A stretch of 64,000 nucleotides of DNA from assembly GCA_963674735.2 (NCBI GenBank), contig CAXXQS010000001.1, forward strand, positions 2,048,001-2,112,000, written 5' to 3'. Positions 31,213-41,763 of this stretch are shown here, piece by piece (positions within the stretch are counted from its first letter, which is position 1; every line of letters begins with the position of its first letter). Below the pieces are notes generated by a model. The model was given only the letters and a program-made list of their open reading frames with translations. It searched no databases and was not told the origin of the DNA. The DNA comes from Myxococcota bacterium. Its GTDB lineage: Bacteria; Myxococcota_A; SURF-8. The position numbers were made by a program, and so were the translations under genes.

Positions 31213-33465
31213 AGAGATCGACTCTCTGCGTCGCCACAACCGGAATACCAAACTCGCCACACCCACACACGCCAGCATAGCCCATGAAACAACGACGATT
31301 TCCGGATATCCGGGCGGATCGAAGGTATAGCGGATACGCTGACGCCCCGCCTTTACCGGCAGCGCACGGAAGATGAAATTGGCCCCCCAGCTTTCAACCG
31401 GTCTGCCGTCCACCGTTGCCTGCCAACTGCGGCTCCAGCGATCCGTCACCACCACCCAACCGGCGGCAGGCGTGTTCGTTTCGAATTCGAGTTCGTCGGA
31501 CCCGTAGCGATGCAGGTCCACCGGAAGGAGTTGCAAGGCTTGGACCTCCTCCAACCGCCCAGCCGCTACGGCATCGCCGGGATAAGCTTGATCTTTCCGT
31601 GAATAAGCCAGCATCTCCGCCGGGGAGTGCACCACCAATGGAGGCCGTGCAAGTTGTTTGCTGCGACGCAGGAAGGCATTGAACACCCCATCGGTCGGAC
31701 GCGCCTCGACGGCGTTCGGGGCAAACCAGATGCGCGCCTCACCCAAAGCATAGGAATAGAGGGTCTCGTCCTGCACGATGGCATCGTGAAAACGGTTGCG
31801 CAAGGCGGTAATCCCCTTTAAAGTCGGCTGCTTGCGGGGAATATTTTTATTGTTCACCAGCGCCTCGCCGGTGGAGGTATAAACGGGATCGACGCTATAA
31901 CGGCGTCCAAGACCGCCTTGGGTCTGATCGATACGGGCATCGTGGGTTTGCGCCATGTTTTGCCATTCCGGCGCAGGTTTAGCCACTACCGTATGGTTCA
32001 ATTCCAGGGTTGCAAAGGCGTCCAGAAATGCCAGCCCCACCAAGGCCGCGTACAACCAATGCGTCGTTTTCACCGGCTTTTTAAAGGACACCCAGGCGAA
32101 AGCGACGGTCAGCCCCCCCAACACAAGCAACAATTGCAAACGTGCGCCGAAGGTGAAACGCAGCTCGGGAGCCTGATAGCGGTCAAAACAAACGGCCATG
32201 GCCCCGATTCCCGCCGCCAGAAACAGGCCGGACAGAATCGGAAAACGCCTTTCCAAGCGCCTGGACTGAACACCGCGATTCAACTCCTTGAGCCCCCACA
32301 GGGCCAGCACCGAAACGCAGATAAAATAGAAACTTTGAAACAACACGGGATTGCGCCAATAGCGGGTCGCCGCCACAGCGTCGTACAACCAACCCCGTAG
32401 CGGCAAGGTGGTTCCGAGTGACAAGGCCGTAAACAGTGCCAGCATGCCCAGCACCCACCAGGAACGCCATGCTCGTTTACGACACACCGCCACCAGCGCC
32501 AGAATCGGAATCAGTCCGCCCGCGTATTGAATGGCGAAAGACCAGTCGAGTCCTTTCCATATACCGGGGTTGTAAAAAGGTAACATCCCGAAAACCGGGT
32601 TGAGAATTGTTACAAATGCACCCGGCACCATCGTGTTCGAACCGATCACCCAGTCCCGCGCCAACGGCTCACCCCGGTCGGAAAAGCCTTGCGTCTCGTA
32701 GATCAACCCCAAGACTCCCGGTGCAAAGACGATCGCACACACGATTCCGGCGAGTGCAGTGGCAAGCACGGCATGCCACCATACGTCTTTTTCAAAGCCT
32801 TTCGACACGGCATAGCCCAACGCCCAAAGCGCTAAAAACACCCCTCCCAGCATGGTGAGGATGGGATAACCGCCCAGCCCGCTCATGCCAAGCAAGGCTC
32901 CGGCCTGCGTGACGGGCAGCCACGAACGTTTTTGCAATCCGACATCGAAGCGCCATAAAACCCAGGGGAAAACGCTCATCGTGTAGAGCAGCGGCGTATG
33001 CTGGGCTTGCCCGATGTACATCCCCGAAAACGCATATCCAAGCGCAACGGCCAAACTCCCCCAGGGGCCCGCCTGCCAGTGCCGCCCCAACAGGAGCACG
33101 CCCAAAGCCCCGGCCCCCCAGAACAGCAGCCAGATCAAACGGAAGCCGCCCTCGACACCCCCGACCAGCAATCCGACGGCGAGATGCAGCGGCGAAAAGG
33201 CTCCCGCCTGCGGATCGAAGCCGGTGGGTTCGCCCCCATGCATGTACAGATTCCAGGTCATCAAGCGACCCGCGCGAGCGTGGTCGGCGATGAGCGTGTA
33301 GTAAGGAATGAACTCCTGGTCGGCATCGAGAATGGCGGAGTAGTCGCCGCTCAACAGACGATGATTGAGAAGCAGAAACAGCATCACAAGCAGAAACGCG
33401 GCCACCCACCACAGGCGGGGGGTGTCGGAATCGGTGCCGGAATGAGGACGTTCGAAATCAGCCAT
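31198..33465 (-). CDS. YfhO-family GT-C polytopic membrane glycosyltransferase
   Basis: WNLYMHGG.P, many TMs, C-terminal WQATVDG..ANFIFRALPV.AG YfhO signature. Confidence 0.8.
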   Translation of the reverse strand: MADFERPHSGTDSDTPRLWWVAAFLLVMLFLLLNHRLLSGDYSAILDADQEFIPYYTLIADHARAGRLMTWNLYMHGGEPTGFDPQAGAFSPLHLAVGLLVGGVEGGFRLIWLLFWGAGALGVLLLGRHWQAGPWGSLAVALGYAFSGMYIGQAQHTPLLYTMSVFPWVLWRFDVGLQKRSWLPVTQAGALLGMSGLGGYPILTMLGGVFLALWALGYAVSKGFEKDVWWHAVLATALAGIVCAIVFAPGVLGLIYETQGFSDRGEPLARDWVIGSNTMVPGAFVTILNPVFGMLPFYNPGIWKGLDWSFAIQYAGGLIPILALVAVCRKRAWRSWWVLGMLALFTALSLGTTLPLRGWLYDAVAATRYWRNPVLFQSFYFICVSVLALWGLKELNRGVQSRRLERRFPILSGLFLAAGIGAMAVCFDRYQAPELRFTFGARLQLLLVLGGLTVAFAWVSFKKPVKTTHWLYAALVGLAFLDAFATLELNHTVVAKPAPEWQNMAQTHDARIDQTQGGLGRRYSVDPVYTSTGEALVNNKNIPRKQPTLKGITALRNRFHDAIVQDETLYSYALGEARIWFAPNAVEARPTDGVFNAFLRRSKQLARPPLVVHSPAEMLAYSRKDQAYPGDAVAAGRLEEVQALQLLPVDLHRYGSDELEFETNTPAAGWVVVTDRWSRSWQATVDGRPVESWGANFIFRALPVKAGRQRIRYTFDPPGYPEIVVVSWAMLACVGVASLVFRLWRRRESISSAEG

Positions 33466-33619
33466 GAATCGTATTATGCCCCGGTTGCGGATCGACAACA
33501 TGAAAAACGCCTGCCGGCGTTGCCCGACTATACACCATCCGGGGCGTCTGTGAAAATCGTCATTGCGCTTTTGCTTCGCGATTTTCCGCATTGATGTCGC
33601 GATGAGCCGAGAGCCTCGC

Positions 33620-34099
33620 TTAGTCTTTCACTCGCATCGAGAGGGTCAGATCGAAGGTGGCGATCGGCGCACCGGCTCCATCGGCGGCGGTGGTTGCAAC
33701 CACCCGCACACCTTGTTCGACACGCTGCCCGCTTTCCTCCGCCCGTCGGATCAAATCCATGATCGCGGCTCCCTGCAAGCAGGTAAACGTGACGTCGTCT
33801 TTGGCCTGACGCAGAAAACGCGCCTGAAAGTCTTTGAACACCAACGACACCCGGCGCTTGCTCAGTTGCACCTGGCGCATGGCAATCAGACCACCCGCCA
33901 GATCCGCCCCGATGCACAGGACGCCGAAATACATCACGCGCAGATGATTGCGCGAACGATGTCCCAGTGGAATGCGCACGACACACCGTTCGGTGGTCAA
34001 GGTTTCGATAACCGGCCGTAAAAAGAAGATAATCGGAATGCGCCAGAAGGTGAACCCGCGCAAAATCATATTCAGCTTCAACCGGTTCAGCGTATCGAT
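33620..34099 (-). CDS. DUF4442/PaaI-like hotdog-fold thioesterase
   Basis: RNHLRVMYFG..GAD motif, FKDFQARFL. The SD-aligned start is ATC at 34099 (the ORF track uses TTG 34081). Confidence 0.8.
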   Translation of the reverse strand: MDTLNRLKLNMILRGFTFWRIPIIFFLRPVIETLTTERCVVRIPLGHRSRNHLRVMYFGVLCIGADLAGGLIAMRQVQLSKRRVSLVFKDFQARFLRQAKDDVTFTCLQGAAIMDLIRRAEESGQRVEQGVRVVATTAADGAGAPIATFDLTLSMRVKD

Positions 34100-34155
34100 C
34101 GCCTTATCCTCCGGTTTGGGGTTCCTCGCTCCGAACGACCCCGACCAACCGTTGC

Positions 34156-35130
34156 TCAGCCACCGGCCAGCTTCGACATGCGTTGGTGTATGGCCTCGGC
34201 CTCGCCCATCATTTCAGCCACGATGTCTTTGGCAGGCATAATTTTCTTCATGAGTCCCACGGACTGCGAAACGGAGACAGTCCCGGCATCGAGGTCGCCG
34301 GTTTCATACATCTTGCGTGCCGCCTCGCCTGAAACGTAAGGCAGGATGTCTTCCAGTCCGCCGCCCTTGTTTTCGATTTCGATGGTTTTCTTCGCCGGTT
34401 CGTTCAACCACACGCGATGCGCGAAACCGATGGGGCGCATGATGATATCGGTATCGAGTTCGCTTGCTTCGATCATAGCTTGTTTCAGCTTGGGATGGAT
34501 CGGACACTCCTCCGACAGCATGAAGCGCGAACCCACGATCCCGGCCTCGGCCCCGAGCGACATCACGGCATACAAGCCCCGCCCGTCGGCGATACCGCCA
34601 CCGCCGACCACCGGCACATCTACGGCATCCACCACCGACGGAACCAGCACCAGGGTGGTGACGTTCAGGTTTCCGGTCGCACCGCCATTTTCATACCCGA
34701 CCAGCGTTACGGCATCCGCACCCATCTTGGCCGCTTTCTTCGCATAGCGCACACCCACACACTTGTGCATCCAGGTCATCCCGTAGTCTTTGAACATCTG
34801 CGCCAGCTCTTCGGGAATACCGAAACCGGAAGTCTCGACGATCCGCACGCCTTCAATGGCCAAAACATCGAGAAACGCCCCGTTATCCGGCGGCATCAGC
34901 ATCGGGAACAAATTGATGTTCACCGCGAAGGGCTTGTCGGTGAGGTCTTTGGTCTTCTTGATTTCGTCGCGAAAAACGTCGGTATCCTTGAAAATGGCCG
35001 ACGCGATGATCCCCAACGCTCCGGCATTGGAAATGGCGGCAACGAACGGGGCCTTGGACAAATCCATCATGGTCCCGCCGATAATGGGATACTCAATACC
35101 CAGCATCTCGGTTATGCGTGTTTTAAAAAT
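34156..35130 (-). CDS. Nitronate monooxygenase / FabK-like flavoprotein
   Basis: (I)FKTRITEMLGIEYPIIGG, KPFAVN, GYENGG, GGIADGRG. The SD-aligned start is ATT at 35130. Confidence 0.88.
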   Translation of the reverse strand: MFKTRITEMLGIEYPIIGGTMMDLSKAPFVAAISNAGALGIIASAIFKDTDVFRDEIKKTKDLTDKPFAVNINLFPMLMPPDNGAFLDVLAIEGVRIVETSGFGIPEELAQMFKDYGMTWMHKCVGVRYAKKAAKMGADAVTLVGYENGGATGNLNVTTLVLVPSVVDAVDVPVVGGGGIADGRGLYAVMSLGAEAGIVGSRFMLSEECPIHPKLKQAMIEASELDTDIIMRPIGFAHRVWLNEPAKKTIEIENKGGGLEDILPYVSGEAARKMYETGDLDAGTVSVSQSVGLMKKIMPAKDIVAEMMGEAEAIHQRMSKLAGG

Positions 35131-35143
35131 GGCGGTCTCTCCT

Positions 35144-36838
35144 TCAGCGTAGGGCTTTTTTGTCTACCTTGCCGACGGCCGTCAGGGGAAGGTCATCGAC
35201 AAACTCCACGATTTTCGGCACTTTGTAGGGGGCCATATTCTCTCGGCAGAATGCCACGATCTCCGCCTTCAACGTATCGGTATCCCATTCTTTATACTCC
35301 GAAACAAGCTGCACGACAAGCTTTACCAATTCGCTGCCGGGCCGTTCGGGATTGGGAAGCCCGACAATCGCACACAGTTCGATGGCCGGATGCTGGTACA
35401 GCGTTTCCTCCACCTCGCGCGAAAAAACCTTGTAGCCCCCGACAATCAGCATGTCCTTGGCACGATCGACGATAAAAAGGAAGCCGTCGTCGTCCATACG
35501 CGCCACATCGCCCGTGTAAAGCCAGCGTTCACCTTCGAACTCGCGCAGGGTGTTGTTCGTTTCATCGGGTTTGTTGTGATAACCGCGCATCACGTTGGGT
35601 CCGCGTGCGATGATTTCCCCTTCCTCACCGATGGGAACCTCGCTCTGCCCGGTCTCCAGGTCCACCAGTTTGACTCGCATGCCCTGAATAGGAAGACCCA
35701 CTGAGCCGATTTTCTTCCGCCCTTTCACGGGATTGATACTCATAAAGGGGCTGGTCTCCGTCATTCCGTAAACCTCAACAACTTTGCCTTTACCGACGAT
35801 TTGTTCCAGAGCCTGGATGGATTCGACGGCGAAGGGAGCCGCCCCCGATCCGCATATTTTAAGCGTCGAAAAGTCGAGCGTTTTAAATTCGGGGGTCATC
35901 AGCAGCATTTGGTAAAGCGAGGGGACATTTCCCAAGCCGGTCGGCCGGTAGCGGGCGATTTCCCGGCAGATGTGTTTCGTGTCGCGGGGATTGGGAATCA
36001 GGATCTGCGTCGCCCCGATCACCACCGCCGCCATTCCCAGCGACAACCCGGCTAGGTGAAAGAACGGAAAGGCGAAGCAGAAGATTTCGTTGCCGCGCTC
36101 GAAATGCAACCATTCATCCGCCTGTTTGATATTGGCCACGATATTGCGATGCGTGATTTCCGCGCCTTTTGGCAAGCCGGTGGTGCCACCGGTATATTGA
36201 ATCAGCGACAAGTCCTCGGGGGTCAGCGCGACCGCCTCGAAACTCGGCGCATGGGTCTTCATCACGTCACGGAAGGTTTGGACGGATTTCCCCGCTACCG
36301 GGCAGATTTTCCCTGTCGGCACTTTTTTCAGCCACGTTCCCAATATCCGTTTATAGCTGGGCAGATCGTCCAGAATCCCCGCCGCCACGACGTGGGATAA
36401 GGCGGGAACTTTGTCCTGGATGCTTAAAAAGCGTCCCGCGAAGATGGCATCCAGCGTGACCAACACCTTGGCACCCGAATCGTTGAGTTGGTGCTCCATC
36501 TCTTTGGGCGTCAACAACGGAGACAATCCGGTGGACACGCAACCGGCTCGTAACGCTCCGACATGCGCAATCAGATACTGGGGAATGTTCGGCAGATTGA
36601 CGCCGACCACATCGCCCTTACGACATCCGGCCGCCTGAAGAAAATGGGCGAAGCGTCGTGTAGCCTCGTCGAATTGTCGAAAGCTCCGGGTCACACCGAG
36701 AAAATGATACGCCGCCCGATCGGCGAATGTGACCAAGCTTTCTTCCAACCAGTCAACATAGGTCCGGTCGGACGGAGCGATTTCGGCATGCACCCATTCG
36801 TCGTAGGATTTCAGCCACGGTCGGTCATCGTAACGCAT
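35144..36838 (-). CDS. fadD: Long-chain fatty-acid--CoA ligase
   Basis: YTGGTTGLPKG, YGMTE, TGD, DRAKD, YKVP, GKV. Confidence 0.9.
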   Translation of the reverse strand: MRYDDRPWLKSYDEWVHAEIAPSDRTYVDWLEESLVTFADRAAYHFLGVTRSFRQFDEATRRFAHFLQAAGCRKGDVVGVNLPNIPQYLIAHVGALRAGCVSTGLSPLLTPKEMEHQLNDSGAKVLVTLDAIFAGRFLSIQDKVPALSHVVAAGILDDLPSYKRILGTWLKKVPTGKICPVAGKSVQTFRDVMKTHAPSFEAVALTPEDLSLIQYTGGTTGLPKGAEITHRNIVANIKQADEWLHFERGNEIFCFAFPFFHLAGLSLGMAAVVIGATQILIPNPRDTKHICREIARYRPTGLGNVPSLYQMLLMTPEFKTLDFSTLKICGSGAAPFAVESIQALEQIVGKGKVVEVYGMTETSPFMSINPVKGRKKIGSVGLPIQGMRVKLVDLETGQSEVPIGEEGEIIARGPNVMRGYHNKPDETNNTLREFEGERWLYTGDVARMDDDGFLFIVDRAKDMLIVGGYKVFSREVEETLYQHPAIELCAIVGLPNPERPGSELVKLVVQLVSEYKEWDTDTLKAEIVAFCRENMAPYKVPKIVEFVDDLPLTAVGKVDKKALR

Positions 36839-36971
36839 CGGGCCCCTCCCCTTTCGTCGAGTCGTGTTCAAACCAATATCGAACAACACCGAACGTCCGG
36901 TCCGTGAGTCCTCAGCAAATACAGAGCAGCAAAACGAATCACCGGCGATTTGGATGGAAGCGGCGTGGACG

Positions 36972-38114
36972 CTAAAGACCCATAGTCTTCGCCGCAATGG
37001 TTTTCATGATCTCGTTGGTTCCCGCAAAAATCGAGAGCACCCGGATATCGCGCCAGGCACGAGCGATGGGATACTCCTCGCAATAACCATAGCCCCCGTG
37101 CAATTGCACGCACTGATCGGCCACACGCCGGGCCATTTCCGTGGTCCAGCACTTCGCCATTGAAACATCCGTCACGATGTTGCGGTGTTCCATGTGGTCG
37201 ACAATCAATTTATCCAGAAAGGTTCGCCCCAGTCTGACTTCGGTCGACATCTCCACGATTTTGAATTGGGTGTTCTGGAATTTCGAGAGGGGTTTGCCGA
37301 AAGCGCGCCGTTCCTTGCAATAGGCGATGGTCAGCTCCAGCATGAATTCCGCCGCCGCCACAGCCGCGATGGAACACATCAGGCGTTCCTGTTGCAGATT
37401 CTGCATCAACATGAGAAAGCCGCCGCCTTTGACGCCCAGCCGGTTTTCCAGCGGCACGCGGCAATCGTTGAAAAACAGCTCGGCGGTATCCTGGCTATGC
37501 CAACCGACTTTCTTGAGGCGCTGGCCTTTCTCGAATCCCGGCGTGTTCGCTTCCACCACGAAAAGGTCGATGGCCTGGTAGGGATCTTCCACTTTCGGAT
37601 CGCGGGCCGCCAGCACCAGCAGGTCGCAGTTGATGCCGTTGCTGATAAACGTCTTCGCACCGTTGATCACGACGCTATCGCCATCTTCCTCAGCCCGCGT
37701 TTTGATGGCCGACAGATCGCTGCCGGTATTGGGCTCGGTCATGGCAATGGCGCTGATGCAGGTACCCGACACGCAGCCCGGCAGGTACTTTCGCTTGATG
37801 GCCTCGGAACCGAAAGCGGTGATATACGGAACCACCACATCGCTGTGCAGCGGCGCGGCAAGACCGGAATGATTGGTGCGCGTCAATTCTTCCGTCAGGA
37901 TAACGGAATACAGAAAGTCCGCGCCCAGCCCTCCGTACTCCTCCGGAACATCCATGCACAAAAAGCCCTGTTCACCCATTTTGCGCCACATCTCACGAGG
38001 CACGATCCCGGCTTCCTCCCATTCCTCTACATGTGGAATCACTTCCTTTTCGAAGAACCTGCGCAGAGCATCGCGAAAAATCCGGTGTTCCTCGGAGTAA
38101 TGGATAATCTCCAT
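36972..38114 (-). CDS. Acyl-CoA dehydrogenase (LCAD-like)
   Basis: IAMTEP, GAKTFISNG, QERL, QLHGGYGY, IFAGTNEIMK. Confidence 0.95.
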   Translation of the reverse strand: MEIIHYSEEHRIFRDALRRFFEKEVIPHVEEWEEAGIVPREMWRKMGEQGFLCMDVPEEYGGLGADFLYSVILTEELTRTNHSGLAAPLHSDVVVPYITAFGSEAIKRKYLPGCVSGTCISAIAMTEPNTGSDLSAIKTRAEEDGDSVVINGAKTFISNGINCDLLVLAARDPKVEDPYQAIDLFVVEANTPGFEKGQRLKKVGWHSQDTAELFFNDCRVPLENRLGVKGGGFLMLMQNLQQERLMCSIAAVAAAEFMLELTIAYCKERRAFGKPLSKFQNTQFKIVEMSTEVRLGRTFLDKLIVDHMEHRNIVTDVSMAKCWTTEMARRVADQCVQLHGGYGYCEEYPIARAWRDIRVLSIFAGTNEIMKTIAAKTMGL

Positions 38115-38383
38115 GGCATCCTCCAGGCAATCTGTATGTGGAATCGTCAATCGAGACCATAGCACGGGACAAGCATTTAAGGCCAGCCAAATTCCGCGTT
38201 GCATACTATCTTTTATTTTTTGCCGCAATGCGTCGTAACAGTCCGAGATCAGTCGCTATTTTCTTCACATTTTCCTAGGGGACACAAAGACCCTTGTGGT
38301 AATGTGAATGGGCGCATAGCTTGTTACAATAATAGACCAAATCCGTGCTTCAGTTATCTGAGATGCACGACCTGCGAGGTGCC

Positions 38384-40489
38384 ATGATTTATCGGATGCC
38401 ACCCCGAGGCGTCGGCTTTACGCTGCTCGCCGTTTTGTTGTCCTGCTTTCTGTCCGGCTGTTCCGATCTCACGAAATCCCCACCCGAATCCTTTTCTTAC
38501 GAAAGCACGCCGGTCGCCATCACCAACCCCGACTGGAATCTGGTCCCGCTGCCGACCAACCTGATGAACCCGGTTCAGCAGGCGACGATTCCCGTCAGCA
38601 TTCCCGGCGTCGAACCCGCAAGCGAAGCGCCGTGTTGCATGGATCTACGCCTCATCGATGAGGAAGCGGCCGAAATCTCGCGCGAGTTCGGATACCCGGT
38701 CGAAATCGATTCGGCCCTCACGCTCGATTTGAAGCAGGCCATGAACGGCCTCGATGGCTACATTCCCGGCTTCATTCCGGACATTCCGTTTTCGCGTCCA
38801 TTGGATTTAGCCTCGGTGGTTCCCTATGACGGCCAAAACGTGGAGGCGGCCAATTTCTTCCTGTTCGACATTACCGATCCGGATGCGCCACTCGTCATCG
38901 CTCCAGACGAGTATTTCCTCCTTTTCGATATCGAGGCGCGCACGAGCCTGCCTTACCGCCTCACCTTCCGCAAAAAACCGCAATCCAGCCTTATGCCCGA
39001 GCCCTTCGAGCCGGGGCACAGCTACCTGGTCGTCATCAGCGGCGTCAACGAAAAAGGCGTCACCGATACCGACGGCCAGCCCTTCGTCGCCGACACACCG
39101 TTTCTGCTGTTGGCTCACGACACGCCGTTTATCGCCATCGACGGCACTTCGCGTCTGAGCCTCTTCAGCGAGATCGAGTACATCCGCGAAATCGAAATGG
39201 CGCGTCAGGTCACCCATTACGGTCTATCCATATGGGAGCGGGAAGTCGCCGACACACGCACGCGCGGCGAAGTGGTTTCCGCCTTCAATTTCACCATCGC
39301 CACCAATCCGCGCGCCGCCTACCTCAACCCGGAAAACGTCGTGTTGTCGCAAAATCCGCTGCTTCCCGTCAAGGCCATGGGCCTGAAATACAACTGCGAA
39401 GACGAGCTGCTGGCCGTCTGCAACGAAAGCGGCGTGGACTTCACACCCTCTTTCCGGCTCTCCCAAGCCCTCGATCCAAGCACTGTAAACACGGCATCCG
39501 TCGCGCTGTTTCGGGTCACGGAGGAAGACAGCCTCGAACGTGTCGAGGCGGTTGAGGTCGCTGTCGAGCACACGGAGAACGGCGCACGCGTCACGATAAC
39601 GCCAGATGAGCCATTGGCGGAAAACAGCGAATACTGGGTCGCGGCCAGCGATGGATTGGCCGACGAAAACGGCCGTCGAGCGGTTGCGGATGAATATTTC
39701 ACCTTGGCGCGCGGCATCAACAAAGTCCTGTCGGACGGCGAGATGCAATCCCCCTACATCGACAGCCGCGCCGACACGCTGGTGGCACTGGGGAAGGCCG
39801 AGGAACCCAGTTCGGAAGACCTGGAGCAGGCCAATGACGTTCTGCTGCGGATTCTCTCACTGATCGAAACCATGCGCCGCGATCTGCAGACACCGATTTC
39901 GCAAATCGTCGACAGCGGTTTCGTTCAATCGCGCGAGTCGCTCATTCTCGCTTACCGTTTCCGCACGACGGGCTGCCCGGTCGTCGAAGATGATTCGTGT
40001 AAAGTCGATGCCAGCGAGATTGGCGACAAAGACCTGCAGGATGCCGACGTCAGCGGACTTTTCCTGATGAGCACGCGCCTCGAAAATCCCATCGCACCCG
40101 ACAAGCCCGTCGAACTCGACCTGCTCGGTCGTTTGATCCAGGAGGGCATCATCCTCGACGGCGGCGCAACCTTGTTTATCGAGCTCTTGTCCGAAGACAA
40201 CCCCGGCGACATCAGCGCCGTATCGGAAGCCAAAGCCCCCATCGACACCGACGGCTACGTGACCAGCGTCATCCGGGATGTCCCCATCCCCGCCCATTAC
40301 TCCGATCTGCTGGAAGGCGACGCCGTGGCGGATGTTACGCTGATCGGTGAAATTATCAACGAAGATGGGATAATGGGCGATATCGTGGCCGATCTGAAAG
40401 AGGCTCCGATATCCGGACTGGGAAATATCTCCCTCACACTGAGCGGTAGTTTCGTAGCCAAACGCCAGGCGTTGGGAGGTGCCCGATGA
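38384..40489 (+). CDS. Lipoprotein with Pla-1/VolA-type lipase N-terminal-like and Ig-like (Big_5) domains; no hydrolase domain seen
   Basis: FLSG-C lipobox; PLPTNLM..AMNGLDGY..FSRPLDLASV; VTITPDEPLAENSEY..GLADENG; no GxSxG. Confidence 0.65.
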   Translation: MIYRMPPRGVGFTLLAVLLSCFLSGCSDLTKSPPESFSYESTPVAITNPDWNLVPLPTNLMNPVQQATIPVSIPGVEPASEAPCCMDLRLIDEEAAEISREFGYPVEIDSALTLDLKQAMNGLDGYIPGFIPDIPFSRPLDLASVVPYDGQNVEAANFFLFDITDPDAPLVIAPDEYFLLFDIEARTSLPYRLTFRKKPQSSLMPEPFEPGHSYLVVISGVNEKGVTDTDGQPFVADTPFLLLAHDTPFIAIDGTSRLSLFSEIEYIREIEMARQVTHYGLSIWEREVADTRTRGEVVSAFNFTIATNPRAAYLNPENVVLSQNPLLPVKAMGLKYNCEDELLAVCNESGVDFTPSFRLSQALDPSTVNTASVALFRVTEEDSLERVEAVEVAVEHTENGARVTITPDEPLAENSEYWVAASDGLADENGRRAVADEYFTLARGINKVLSDGEMQSPYIDSRADTLVALGKAEEPSSEDLEQANDVLLRILSLIETMRRDLQTPISQIVDSGFVQSRESLILAYRFRTTGCPVVEDDSCKVDASEIGDKDLQDADVSGLFLMSTRLENPIAPDKPVELDLLGRLIQEGIILDGGATLFIELLSEDNPGDISAVSEAKAPIDTDGYVTSVIRDVPIPAHYSDLLEGDAVADVTLIGEIINEDGIMGDIVADLKEAPISGLGNISLTLSGSFVAKRQALGGAR

Positions 40490-41763
40490 AACGACGGATT
40501 CAAACCAGCCTGTGGACACTGGCGCTTCTCCTGACCGCATCGCTGGCCCTGCCCTCGACCGCTCACGCCGCGTTTCTGCTCATTCAAGAGGTCTCGGCGG
40601 AATCGACCGCCCAAGCCGGTGCGCAAACCGCCGCCGCCGGGCGTCCCTCGACGCAGTACCACAACGCCTCCAATCTTTCTTTCATTCCCGGCCTGCATTT
40701 CGAAGCGGCTTTCGGCGTCTATACCGCCGATACCTCCTTCACCGACACCCAGGGAAACACCACCGAAGTCGAGCTCCAACCCGAATTCGCACCGCATTTC
40801 TACGCCTCCGCCAAGGTACTCGATTGGCTGGCGATCGGCTTTGCCGCTTTCCCGAACTACGGCATTTCCCTGAAATGGCCCGACCAATGGGAAGGCGAAC
40901 ATCTGGTAGTACGCAACTTCGTCGAGTCGTTCACGCTCAATCCGAATCTTTCTTTCGGCCCCTTCGCCGGTTTCGCCATTGCGGTTGGCTTCGATGCCAC
41001 CTGGAGCGCCATCACCCTGAGCCGCGTTCTCACCCTCGGCGCCGCACCTATCGGAGAAGAGGATGTCTCGAACCGCATGGAGATGAAAGGCGATGGCTGG
41101 GGTTTCGGCGGCAACGCCGGTTTGAGCTATCAACCCACCGACTGGGTGCGTCTGGGCTTGGGCTACCGTAGCACCTTCGACCTCACCTTCGACGGCACGA
41201 TGGATTTCGATGTCACGTCCCCCTGGGCCTGGCGTTTTCCCGACCAGGATTTCTCGCTACGCATCGCCACCCCCCATCAAGTCAATTTCGGGGCGCGTTT
41301 CTGGCCGATACCCAATCTGTCGGTGGAACTGGATGCCTGGTACTTCTCCTGGTCGCTCTACACCACGCGCAGCGTCGATCTCAGCGACAAAGGCCTGTAC
41401 CTCGGGCCCGACAAGATCCGCTACGACGACACCACCCCGCAAGATTTACGCGACGGTTTCCAGATTGGCTTGGGAATGGAATATGCCTTCATCGAACATT
41501 TCGTGATGCGCGCCGGAATCGCCTTCGATTCCAACGTCGAGCCGGACAAGGCGGTCGATCCGCTCCAGCCCGACGGTCATCGCATCAAGTTCGCGGCGGG
41601 TTTCGGCACCGAGTGGTATGGATTCTATGCCGATGTGGCGTACAGCTTCGGCTACATCATTCCGCACGATGTGGATAACGGAGCCCCGTTACACGGCCAC
41701 TACGACACCTTCAAGCACGTGGCTGTTCTGTCGATCGGATATACGTTCGATCCATTTCAATGA
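40486..41763 (+). CDS. fadL: FadL/OmpP1/TodX outer-membrane long-chain fatty-acid transporter
   Basis: Signal peptide (AHA), hatch-like N-terminus with YHNAS, FTLNPNLSF, LGLGYRS, PDGHR, terminal aromatic strand. Confidence 0.88.
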   Translation: MKRRIQTSLWTLALLLTASLALPSTAHAAFLLIQEVSAESTAQAGAQTAAAGRPSTQYHNASNLSFIPGLHFEAAFGVYTADTSFTDTQGNTTEVELQPEFAPHFYASAKVLDWLAIGFAAFPNYGISLKWPDQWEGEHLVVRNFVESFTLNPNLSFGPFAGFAIAVGFDATWSAITLSRVLTLGAAPIGEEDVSNRMEMKGDGWGFGGNAGLSYQPTDWVRLGLGYRSTFDLTFDGTMDFDVTSPWAWRFPDQDFSLRIATPHQVNFGARFWPIPNLSVELDAWYFSWSLYTTRSVDLSDKGLYLGPDKIRYDDTTPQDLRDGFQIGLGMEYAFIEHFVMRAGIAFDSNVEPDKAVDPLQPDGHRIKFAAGFGTEWYGFYADVAYSFGYIIPHDVDNGAPLHGHYDTFKHVAVLSIGYTFDPFQ

